From a virus: DNA of 64,000 nt. How positions within the stretch are numbered: the stretch's first letter is position 1; every line of letters begins with the position of its first letter. Shown here piece after piece: positions 39,371-47,614 of the stretch. Position numbers and translations under genes: made by a program. The stretch is from positions 17,736 to 81,735 of IMG/VR virus record IMGVR_UViG_3300033146_003395; one strand, 5' to 3'. The notes beneath the pieces are model-generated. The model was given only the letters and a program-made list of their open reading frames with translations, ran no database searches and was not told the origin of the DNA.

Positions 39371-39630
39371 TTAAATTTGGGGTAGGTGATACTGTAATCT
39401 ACAAATATAGGGATACATTAATCCTTGCGAAGATCAAAGAAGAAAAAGAATGGCAAGATTCTTTATGTGCATACGATACAGAAGTTATTTGTGGTAATCA
39501 AGATATTTATGGGGAACATTGGGAAATAGCTAAAGTTATTGAGAGGGGTAATGTCGAAGTATTAGCTGTTGTAAACACTGAATTTGATTATCATACTTGG
39601 ATTCAAGACAACCCAGAGTATTTTATATAA
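39367..39630 (+). CDS. PEYFV-tag family protein (NPEYFI)
   Basis: ATGA overlap; tag. Confidence 0.75.
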   Translation: MIKFGVGDTVIYKYRDTLILAKIKEEKEWQDSLCAYDTEVICGNQDIYGEHWEIAKVIERGNVEVLAVVNTEFDYHTWIQDNPEYFI

Positions 39631-39661
39631 ATATACCAAATATATAATACAAAGGTATAAT

Positions 39662-40021
39662 GTGATAAAATATAGTGATTTAAATCAAAAACAAAAAGAC
39701 AGAATTACCAATGGATGTGGCACTAAAGGCGGATGGATTAAACCACCAAATTTTATTTTCAAAGCATCTTGTAATCAACACGATTTTTATTACTGGAGAG
39801 GTGTAACCGAGCACCAAAGAGAAATAGCGGATACTTCATTTTACAAATACATGAAACTTGATATTAAAAATGCTAATTATGGGTTCTTAAAAAGAAGTTG
39901 GTACAGTACTTGGGCTTTTAGTTATTATAAAGCAGTAAGAATATTTGGTAAGAAAGCTTTCAATTTTGAAAGAGAAATGACTCAGGCAGATTTACAAATT
40001 ATTACTCAAACATACTCATAA
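39662..40021 (+). CDS. phospholipase A2-like / DUF1353-like protein
   Basis: NGCG...CNQHDFYY...ADTSF...YYKAVRIFG; TATAAATA at 39626; GTG start inferred. Confidence 0.6.
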   Translation: MIKYSDLNQKQKDRITNGCGTKGGWIKPPNFIFKASCNQHDFYYWRGVTEHQREIADTSFYKYMKLDIKNANYGFLKRSWYSTWAFSYYKAVRIFGKKAFNFEREMTQADLQIITQTYS

Positions 40022-40904
40022 TTAGTTTCTCAAGTCCATATTTAGGCTCGTAGATTGTTCGCATCTTAGAGATATCTGGAATCCTAGAAGTAATCTCAGC
40101 ATTAGTTCTAGCATCTGGAATACTTACAATCCTATGAAAATCCCCTGATACTTTTCCAACTAATGAAGCCAATTCATTCATAGTAATTGTATTATTATCA
40201 TTACCTATATTAAGTATTTCGCCATTCATTTCTGTTATAAGTAATTCTAATACATTTACAGCATCTCTAATATCACAGAAACTTCTTACTTGTTCCCCTG
40301 ACCCATATACTTCTATATCTTCTTGTGTTTTTGCAGCCATAACAAATCTAGGTAAAACCATACCATAATTTGGAAGTTGCCCAGGCCCAGTAACATTAAA
40401 AAATCTTACAACTGTAAAAGGGAATGTATAAGTTTTAATTAAGAATTCACTCATAAGTTTCTGACAAGCATACCCCCATCTCATTTGGTCCGGTGCACCT
40501 ATTGTAAGCATATCTGTTTCTTTCATGGGAGTATCACTTGAGCCATATACCTCACTTGTTGAAGCATAAATTACTTTAGGCTGGTGCTTCTCAAATAATG
40601 GAAACAAGTTGTTATTAATATTGAAAGAATTTTGCAGTGTTTCATTAGGGTTTTCACCAATTAAATCTACACCTATACTTGAAGCAAAGTGATAAACTAT
40701 ATCAGCTTTTGCTACTATGGTTTCAATCATAACATTATCTGTTAAGTCTCCTAAATCTATATTATACACATCTTTTGTATTTTCTTCGTTTGAAGTTTTA
40801 AAATTATCTATGCGATAAACGTTATGTGTTTCTTTAAGTTGATTGTACAAGTGTGTGCCAATAAAACCCGCACCACCCGTGATAATTATATTAAGTTTTT
40901 TCAT
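40002..40904 (-). CDS. NAD-dependent nucleotide-sugar epimerase/decarboxylase (extended SDR)
   Basis: TGGAGFIG, ASTSEVYG, RWGYACQK, RFFNVTGP, QVRSFC. Confidence 0.9.
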   Translation of the reverse strand: MKKLNIIITGGAGFIGTHLYNQLKETHNVYRIDNFKTSNEENTKDVYNIDLGDLTDNVMIETIVAKADIVYHFASSIGVDLIGENPNETLQNSFNINNNLFPLFEKHQPKVIYASTSEVYGSSDTPMKETDMLTIGAPDQMRWGYACQKLMSEFLIKTYTFPFTVVRFFNVTGPGQLPNYGMVLPRFVMAAKTQEDIEVYGSGEQVRSFCDIRDAVNVLELLITEMNGEILNIGNDNNTITMNELASLVGKVSGDFHRIVSIPDARTNAEITSRIPDISKMRTIYEPKYGLEKLIMSMFE

Positions 40905-41019
40905 ATTTTATTATAACGTATTATTATTAAATGAAGATTAAAGAAGTGAGCAGCCTGTCTATATAGACTTTAGGAAAAAGTAGGAGATAACGTATAAACT
41001 GCTCATGATATTTATAAAA

Positions 41020-41835
41020 TTATGATTTTCTTAATCTTCCTTTAGAAAATCCATCATATAGGTAAAATTCTGTAGGGTTGATAAGTTTAGATATAATTTT
41101 GTTATTTATCCAAATTCTATCCTTTACATTTGAAGAAAGTTTTTCTCTAGTTTCTTGTGAAATTTTATATATTACACCTTGCTGCCACCCATTATTTAGA
41201 TAATAATCTAATTCATATATTTTAACCTTCTTTTGTTTTTTATCTATTTTATTAAATATAAAAACTCTTCCTTTCTGCTCATTAGATATAGCCAATTTTC
41301 TTTCTTGTGTAAGTTCCTCTCTACCAATAGTATAATTTACTAAATCTATATCATTTATATTATCTCTAATATATTCACCTGTTATATTATTTCTCGCCCA
41401 AACTGTATTATAAACAGCCGATTTATCTTTAAGTTGTGAACTAGAATTCATAATATTACTTTTTATATTATGTAATTTACCATACATAGGATTATTTTTA
41501 CCTGAAACATCTCTTCCAAAAAAGCCATTCTTTTGCGCATAACTCATATTGATATAGTTATTATTTTTGACAACTTGATGTAATTTCTGAACTTTAAGTT
41601 CATGAATTAAAGCTATTTTTCTTCTATAAAATTTCTTTAATATACGAGTCTTAAATAAATGTGGGTTATTCTTTCTCTCGTGAATCCATATAGACTTATA
41701 TCTTTTTGATGTAACTGTTCCATTATATCCATTTAATATTTTTTCTATTGATGTAGATCCTATATACCATTCAGGAAGTTTATCACCTGTATAATGAGTT
41801 AAATATGTGCAGTATTGTTTATTTGATGTAGACAT
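41020..41835 (-). CDS. GIY-YIG-like homing endonuclease
   Basis: N-terminal half paralogous to 7662..8315 (YLT.Y.G..LP.WYIGS); YLNNGWQQG repeat. Confidence 0.75.
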   Translation of the reverse strand: MSTSNKQYCTYLTHYTGDKLPEWYIGSTSIEKILNGYNGTVTSKRYKSIWIHERKNNPHLFKTRILKKFYRRKIALIHELKVQKLHQVVKNNNYINMSYAQKNGFFGRDVSGKNNPMYGKLHNIKSNIMNSSSQLKDKSAVYNTVWARNNITGEYIRDNINDIDLVNYTIGREELTQERKLAISNEQKGRVFIFNKIDKKQKKVKIYELDYYLNNGWQQGVIYKISQETREKLSSNVKDRIWINNKIISKLINPTEFYLYDGFSKGRLRKS

Positions 41836-41856
41836 TGAAGTCTCCTATAATTAAAT

Positions 41857-41949
41857 TATAAGAGTGAATTACTAGGTTCAAATTAAATGTATATAGAGGA
41901 ACCTAGTAGAGCTCTATACACATTTAATATCTCTTATACTTTATTTATA
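41857..41949 (-). ncRNA. endonuclease-associated structured element copy 2 with late promoter
   Basis: Loop CUC-UACUAGGUUC complementary to GAACCUAGUA; 17-bp P2; P1 UAUAAGAG. Confidence 0.75.
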
Positions 41950-42773
41950 CTTTGTGCCCTTTTAAAATATTCTATTTTTTGATTTATCTTATCATAATTT
42001 TTATCATATAAAATATGTTCATGCCAAAAATATACATTTTCTAATTCATCATTAGTTAGTGTAGATATATGTGCATAACCTTCGCCAATTTGATACTTCT
42101 CAATATATTCCATCTCAATTAAATTATTGGCATAGATATAATCCATTGCAAATTCTTCTATATCTTGTTGTGGCCTATCATGACAATATTCTGCCCATAT
42201 AGGCCCAGGATTTTCAGTGAGTCTCTCAAGTTCATTATGAAATAGTGTATAGAAACCAGAATCTTTCTTTGAAATGGTGAAACCAGTATCGAATGTTTTC
42301 CAACCTTCAGGTAAAGGTCTCTGATCCTTAACTGAAACAGTATCATAAACACCACAAATAGGTTTATTATAATTAACAATTGGGCTTGGTAAAGGTTTTA
42401 TCAAACTCATATCACAATCTATATGAATCATAGTTTTAAAATTTAGATTTTCTTCACACCATTTACCAACTAATGGAACTGACCAATAGCCACAAAAGAA
42501 ATTCTCTGTTTCCTTCATATATTCTTCCATATATATTACATCCATCTCTTTAAGTTTCTGGGCATCTTCAGTTTTAAGTGTATTGTTAGTAGGACAAATA
42601 GCATAGATTGGAATATCTTTATATATTCCTCCATTTTCTCGCCAGGCTTTAACAGATAAAATAATTTCATCAGCATATAATCTTTGGTTACTATATACTC
42701 CTTGTTGATTATTTAAATTGTCTTCATTATTTTCAACAACATACATTAATATTGTTTCTTCTATATTATTCAT
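41934..42773 (-). CDS. putative GT-A glycosyltransferase
   Basis: IHIDCDM DxD motif; motif pattern shared with 49256..50185. Confidence 0.55.
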   Translation of the reverse strand: MNNIEETILMYVVENNEDNLNNQQGVYSNQRLYADEIILSVKAWRENGGIYKDIPIYAICPTNNTLKTEDAQKLKEMDVIYMEEYMKETENFFCGYWSVPLVGKWCEENLNFKTMIHIDCDMSLIKPLPSPIVNYNKPICGVYDTVSVKDQRPLPEGWKTFDTGFTISKKDSGFYTLFHNELERLTENPGPIWAEYCHDRPQQDIEEFAMDYIYANNLIEMEYIEKYQIGEGYAHISTLTNDELENVYFWHEHILYDKNYDKINQKIEYFKRAQSINKV

Positions 42774-43386
42774 TATTTTCCTTAAAATATTTTATTACCG
42801 ATAAGTCTTTATAGTCTCTGTATGATCCTGCATTGTCAGGTCTTAAATCTATTTGATTCAGAATTAGTAATCCTTGCGCTGCCATCTCTGGTGACATATT
42901 CATATGAAAACCTTGTACCCAATCTTCCATTTCTATAATAGGACTACGCCCATCAAATGCCATCATTTTAAGTCTTTCATAAGTATCTGCATCATCTGTT
43001 AAAATTGCCCCACCTTTTCCGATATTAAGTCTCTTCTTCTGATGAAAGCTTAAGCACTGAATAAATCCAGGTCTATACATACCTCTATGAAAATCTACTG
43101 CTGAGTCTATAATATTAGTCCCTTCAATTTCATAAGAGCCTTTCCATTTCTGGTCTGTGAACTCTACATTAAATCCAGCATTTACAATACTGTGTGGAAC
43201 ACCGACATAAGTACTCTTAGGTACATATAATGTGTTAGCCTCAACAGGTATATATGCTGTTTTATTTAATAAACTTAAGCTTAAAAATATTGCATTAGTA
43301 CAACTATCAGTTAAGACACAATACTTAGCTCCTGTATATCTACAAATTTCTTCTTCAAATTTGTCTATAAAAAATTGATTATTCAT
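42766..43386 (-). CDS. DegT/DnrJ/StrS-family PLP sugar aminotransferase (short form)
   Basis: FEEE...GAKYCVLTDSCTNA, IIDSA, LSFHQKKRLNIGKGGAILTDD. Confidence 0.85.
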   Translation of the reverse strand: MNNQFFIDKFEEEICRYTGAKYCVLTDSCTNAIFLSLSLLNKTAYIPVEANTLYVPKSTYVGVPHSIVNAGFNVEFTDQKWKGSYEIEGTNIIDSAVDFHRGMYRPGFIQCLSFHQKKRLNIGKGGAILTDDADTYERLKMMAFDGRSPIIEMEDWVQGFHMNMSPEMAAQGLLILNQIDLRPDNAGSYRDYKDLSVIKYFKENNE

Positions 43387-43387
43387 T

Positions 43388-44653
43388 TTACTTTTCCTTT
43401 ATTCTTTGAATATCTAGACTCGAACAATGTAGTGACCCAGCAAATATATGCGAATGTCTTAATTGCACTGGAATAACTTCAAATCCATTTTCTTCTAAAA
43501 CTTCAATTGTTCCTAAAGCATCTTCCTGAACTATTACAGTTTTTTTATCAATGCTTAATATATTAACTGACATTCCTTCATCACTAGCTAGTCTTAAATT
43601 TTTATTAGTTAAATATTTAATTTCTCTTTCTGGTGTATTCTTTGGATATAAGTAAATATATCCATTATTAGGATGGAACTTACTTGGTAATTTCTTCCAT
43701 ACTTCTGGATAATTAGGATTAACCAAAAAAGTATTCTCATTTAAACTGACCAATACACCATCAATGTGAGAATCACATAATTTTACTATATGAAATTCTT
43801 TATTAGGAAAGAAACTTTTTAACCATAAAAATCCAAGATATTGATTATAATTACTTATGTTAACTATAATATCATCATTAAGCCTTAAAAAATTAGCCCC
43901 GTCAATTGCAGCTTCATAACTACTAGGAATATTATTAAAATCTCTATTCTTTTCCCAATCTTCAATATCAACACTACTCTCGGTTAATATCGTTAAGGGG
44001 GCTTTTATCCATTGGGTTTTAAAATTATTAGTAACCTCTTTAAATATATTATACATAGCTAAATTTTCAAAAGCTCTATTTCTGACAATTACCGGGGTTT
44101 CTATTAATTTATCATCAATGACAATTGTTATATCTCTTACATTATTTGCTGGTGATAATTCAGATTTAAAAGTGGTTGTTTTAAAAGGTATAACTTGTTT
44201 TAGAATATCAGGTCTATAAACAGTTATTCCCAATTCTTGTAATATAGTAGCTAAGTTATTTAAATCTTCAATGCGTTCTTTTAATATTATATCATTAATT
44301 ATATACTCATCACCTAAATCATTATATTCATATACAGATTGACCAAGATTTGACTTATAAAAATTTTTAAATGTAAAATCTATTACACGTTTAGATAATT
44401 CTAGTTCATTGCCAATTATAACTGCTTTTAATGTATCATAACTATTAGAACTATTAACTTCTATTTTTTTCTTTTTACAATTATCAAAATGCCATCTTTT
44501 AATTGCTCTAGGGTCTCCTTCTAAAAAACAATGTGGGCATTTAACTTTTTCTGTAAATCCTCGAGGTTTACCAATTTTACTATCTGATATTTTTTTTCTA
44601 GTTTCTTTGGTTAAGGTCTTTCCTTTATTGCCATTTGAAATCTTTTGTTTCAT
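43388..44653 (-). CDS. amidinotransferase with N-terminal endonuclease-derived segment
   Basis: NVRD, DGAN, HIDG, VNILSID, GSLHC of the Gly/inosamine-P amidinotransferase fold; first ~62 aa NUMOD3 plus CPHC..KRWHFDNCK. Confidence 0.85.
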   Translation of the reverse strand: MKQKISNGNKGKTLTKETRKKISDSKIGKPRGFTEKVKCPHCFLEGDPRAIKRWHFDNCKKKKIEVNSSNSYDTLKAVIIGNELELSKRVIDFTFKNFYKSNLGQSVYEYNDLGDEYIINDIILKERIEDLNNLATILQELGITVYRPDILKQVIPFKTTTFKSELSPANNVRDITIVIDDKLIETPVIVRNRAFENLAMYNIFKEVTNNFKTQWIKAPLTILTESSVDIEDWEKNRDFNNIPSSYEAAIDGANFLRLNDDIIVNISNYNQYLGFLWLKSFFPNKEFHIVKLCDSHIDGVLVSLNENTFLVNPNYPEVWKKLPSKFHPNNGYIYLYPKNTPEREIKYLTNKNLRLASDEGMSVNILSIDKKTVIVQEDALGTIEVLEENGFEVIPVQLRHSHIFAGSLHCSSLDIQRIKEK

Positions 44654-44672
44654 TATAATTCCTAATTTTGAA

Positions 44673-44763
44673 TTATAAGAGGACTTTCCACGGTCAGATT
44701 AAAAGTGTAGATGGACCGTGGAAGAGCATCTACACTTTTAATATCTCTTATAACTTATTTATA
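44673..44763 (-). ncRNA. endonuclease-associated structured element copy 3 with late promoter
   Basis: Loop CUC-UUCCACGGUC complementary to GACCGUGGAA; 16-bp P2. Confidence 0.75.
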
Positions 44764-44816
44764 TTATAACGGATTAATATTAAAATAATCTTAAATTGCC
44801 TGAAATTTAGTCCAAA

Positions 44817-44861
44817 TTTAAGCTTGTTTTAATGTTAAACATGGTATAATATAGTATATAA
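44817..44861 (+). promoter_or_regulatory. early promoter repeat 8
   Basis: Same consensus. Confidence 0.8.
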
Positions 44862-44871
44862 AGGATTTAAT

Positions 44872-45270
44872 ATGAATATTTTAGATAAAATCAGAGAATA
44901 CGTAGATACAGATGTTATTATTGTTTTAGACAATGAGCAAATTACAGAAATTGATGAAGATAGCAAAGAGATTCTTTGTGTAGAAGGTGGAGTATATTCA
45001 TTTGAAAGTATTGAAGACCGTTATGCTGAAGATATAATGTTTTATAAATCTTATGAATTAGAAATGACTTATGATATTCGTGATTTTATCAAAGACCTTA
45101 AAAGATCTGAAAAAGACTTAGATAAATCTAAAGCTAAAAAAATGTTAGTATTAGAAATTAATGAAAGATATTTATTAAATCCTACTGAATTAGAAGAGTG
45201 TTATAACTTTGAATTTTTTGAAAATTTAAATGCAATTACAACACATAAATTTACACGAATGAAAGACTAA
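44872..45270 (+). CDS. hypothetical protein
   Basis: RBS after promoter. Confidence 0.7.
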   Translation: MNILDKIREYVDTDVIIVLDNEQITEIDEDSKEILCVEGGVYSFESIEDRYAEDIMFYKSYELEMTYDIRDFIKDLKRSEKDLDKSKAKKMLVLEINERYLLNPTELEECYNFEFFENLNAITTHKFTRMKD

Positions 45271-45584
45271 TGAAATTATTTACATACGGTACACTTACTG
45301 GAGACCATTATACAATGGGTAATGCTACTTTTCTCGGTAAGTCAACAACAGTAAAAGAATATCATAAAGGTCAAAATAATTGGTATCCATATCTGCTAGA
45401 AAAATCACAGTTGAGCACTGCAATTATTAGTGGTAACTTGTGGGAAATACCTGAAGAAGATTTCGGTGAAATTGATAGATATGAAGGTGCACCGGATTTA
45501 TTTGATAAGAAACTTATTGAAGTCAAAAATGGAGATATTGTAGTACAGGCTTATTGCTATTTTATAGACCCAAAGGAAATTTAA
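45270..45584 (+). CDS. gamma-glutamylcyclotransferase (AIG2-like) family protein
   Basis: LFTYGTL, YP.L, ISGNLWE, IDRYEG, AYCY. Confidence 0.8.
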   Translation: MKLFTYGTLTGDHYTMGNATFLGKSTTVKEYHKGQNNWYPYLLEKSQLSTAIISGNLWEIPEEDFGEIDRYEGAPDLFDKKLIEVKNGDIVVQAYCYFIDPKEI

Positions 45585-46058
45585 ATGAATAATATGATAG
45601 AGTATACCGGAAGATATTTTGTATTGTATAATAATACTGGAGATATGTTCAGAAAAGAAAATCCTGTAGATTTCGGACCGGCTTTCAGTAACAATAGTAA
45701 TAATCGGGAATATTCATGTTATAAACCTCACAGAGTACAGGGAGATTTTTATCACAATGATAAAGAAATTCGCTTATATGACTCAAGAAGGTTACATCGT
45801 TATATGAAAAAAGAGGAAGTACAGGAACTTTATCCTGAGATGTTTACACCTTATGATGATGACAAGATAGATGATAAGTATTATCGATTACGATTAAATG
45901 GTCATGGCATGATAGAGTATATTGTAACTGAAGTTTTTAATAAAAAGATATGTATTAAGAGACCATTAAGAGCACAGACTATAACACTTAGCGAAAAAAG
46001 CGAAGCTTGGATGAAAGAATCTGTAGCACGTGAAAAATATCCGGAGATGTTTATATGA
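45585..46058 (+). CDS. PEYFV-tag family protein with two tags (internal YPEMFT, terminal YPEMFI)
   Basis: Motif occurs twice. Confidence 0.7.
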   Translation: MNNMIEYTGRYFVLYNNTGDMFRKENPVDFGPAFSNNSNNREYSCYKPHRVQGDFYHNDKEIRLYDSRRLHRYMKKEEVQELYPEMFTPYDDDKIDDKYYRLRLNGHGMIEYIVTEVFNKKICIKRPLRAQTITLSEKSEAWMKESVAREKYPEMFI

Positions 46059-46293
46059 GTTTAAAAATTAAAAAAAAAGTGGACCTCTTTATAATAAGTT
46101 AAGAGCATCTAAAAAACAAATTCAGAATTATCAAATAGATATAGTATATCTGAAAAAAGATTTTGACCCTTTTTCTGGTCTGTTAGATAGGATAAAACAC
46201 GAGGAACAAATTGCTGAAATTGAAGAGAAAATAGATGAAGAAAAGAAGTATTATGACAAATTAATATTTGACCACCCAGAGTATTTTATATGA
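46055..46293 (+). pseudogene. PEYFV-tag family gene frameshifted in an A9 tract (ends HPEYFI)
   Basis: ATGA overlaps at both ends; frame restored by one extra A at 46070-46078. Confidence 0.65.
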
Positions 46294-46604
46294 TGTTAGC
46301 ACCTATAATAGTATTATGTGAAACTTATGAAGATTTATATGAATGTGAACAACAGACTGGTAAAATATATTTTACCAAAGATATTTATGCTGGTAATTTT
46401 ACATTTCCTGTTGTGTATTTTCGTTATATAGATAAAGATAGTCCAGCTTTAAGTGATTACGATATATATGAATTTAGTGTTATGCGGTATGCCAATAGAG
46501 AACAGTTCTTAGAAGAATATTATTATAACACAATGAAAAGATCCAACTTAACCCCAGTAAAACCTACAGAAATCAGAGAAGAATTTCCAGAGTATTTCGT
46601 ATAA
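46290..46604 (+). CDS. PEYFV-tag family protein (FPEYFV)
   Basis: ATGA overlap; last gene of array. Confidence 0.75.
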   Translation: MMLAPIIVLCETYEDLYECEQQTGKIYFTKDIYAGNFTFPVVYFRYIDKDSPALSDYDIYEFSVMRYANREQFLEEYYYNTMKRSNLTPVKPTEIREEFPEYFV

Positions 46605-46639
46605 TTATATAATAAAATCCAAATAATCCTTATCCAGAT

Positions 46640-46714
46640 ACGGCTAAATTATAAGTGTAGATGAGCCGTGGAAGAGCATCTACACTTATAAAATCTCTTA
46701 TTATATTATTTATA
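46640..46714 (-). ncRNA. endonuclease-associated structured element copy 4 (3' truncated, orphan)
   Basis: Promoter, P1 5' arm, P2 and loop CUC-UUCCACGGCU intact; only AGCCGU of the complement remains. Confidence 0.65.
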
Positions 46715-47606
46715 TAATATAATCTAAATCTTTATCCTTACACATTTGTACAATGGATTTTTCACATAGACGGCAGGCTTCGTACTTCATACTTAATACT
46801 TCTTCCCAAGTCCAATCAGGGTCTATTTGTGCTTCTAACGTTAAGTAACAAGGCCATTCTTTTCCGTTGACATCAATTTGTAAACTGCCAGCATTATAAG
46901 ATTTACACTTTGCAATTTTACTTAAACCTTTACTGAACTTCAGTGTAGCTATTTTTTCTATGTTCAAGTACTGTTCAATTTTGTCTTGATAAGGCTTTAG
47001 TTTATTTAAGTTATTTTTATTTTTATAATTACTTGAGTCTTTTAATAAGAATGTTTCAGTCCAATAAACATTTGTAAAATCTTCTAACATTTTAGCCATT
47101 TCGGGGCTATCAAAATCTTTATCGTTGTAATCAAAACGAATCATCTGTACATAATCTATGGGGTTAGCAATTCTGAAAAATTTAGCATTATCTAATATCT
47201 TCTCTAATGATGTACCACTTCTATACGTTTCATGTAATTCTTGAGTACTTCCCGTAATTGTGAAATATACCCTGTCATTTTTATCTAAAAGATTACCTAA
47301 GGTGCTCCACCATAAATGAGAATGAGTACTACCATTTGTACAAATTTCTATATTAATTTTACGTGTTTTAATAAATTCAACTAACTCTAAAAAGTAATTA
47401 TATAATGTAGGTTCACTAATACTACCAACAAGTCTTATCCATTCTAAATCAGGATATGATTTTATTTGCTCTTTTAACTCATCAAAATCTCTATGAAAAT
47501 TATCTGGGTAGTGTTCATCAAATGTGTTATAATTTCTATAACATAATTGGCAGGCAGCATTACAAAAAGTACTTAACTCAAATTCTATATCTTTTACTTT
47601 GTACAT
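46710..47606 (-). CDS. radical SAM protein (GSTQELHE subfamily)
   Basis: CNAACQLC; SEPT; C-terminal twitch-like Cys. Confidence 0.9.
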   Translation of the reverse strand: MYKVKDIEFELSTFCNAACQLCYRNYNTFDEHYPDNFHRDFDELKEQIKSYPDLEWIRLVGSISEPTLYNYFLELVEFIKTRKINIEICTNGSTHSHLWWSTLGNLLDKNDRVYFTITGSTQELHETYRSGTSLEKILDNAKFFRIANPIDYVQMIRFDYNDKDFDSPEMAKMLEDFTNVYWTETFLLKDSSNYKNKNNLNKLKPYQDKIEQYLNIEKIATLKFSKGLSKIAKCKSYNAGSLQIDVNGKEWPCYLTLEAQIDPDWTWEEVLSMKYEACRLCEKSIVQMCKDKDLDYII

Positions 47607-47614
47607 ATTAAACC

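Noticed and set aside
23409-39630. Classical integron or diversity-generating retroelement behind the tagged arrays
   Set aside because: No integrase, attC-like palindromes, reverse transcriptase or adenine-specific TR/VR pair is visible in this window.
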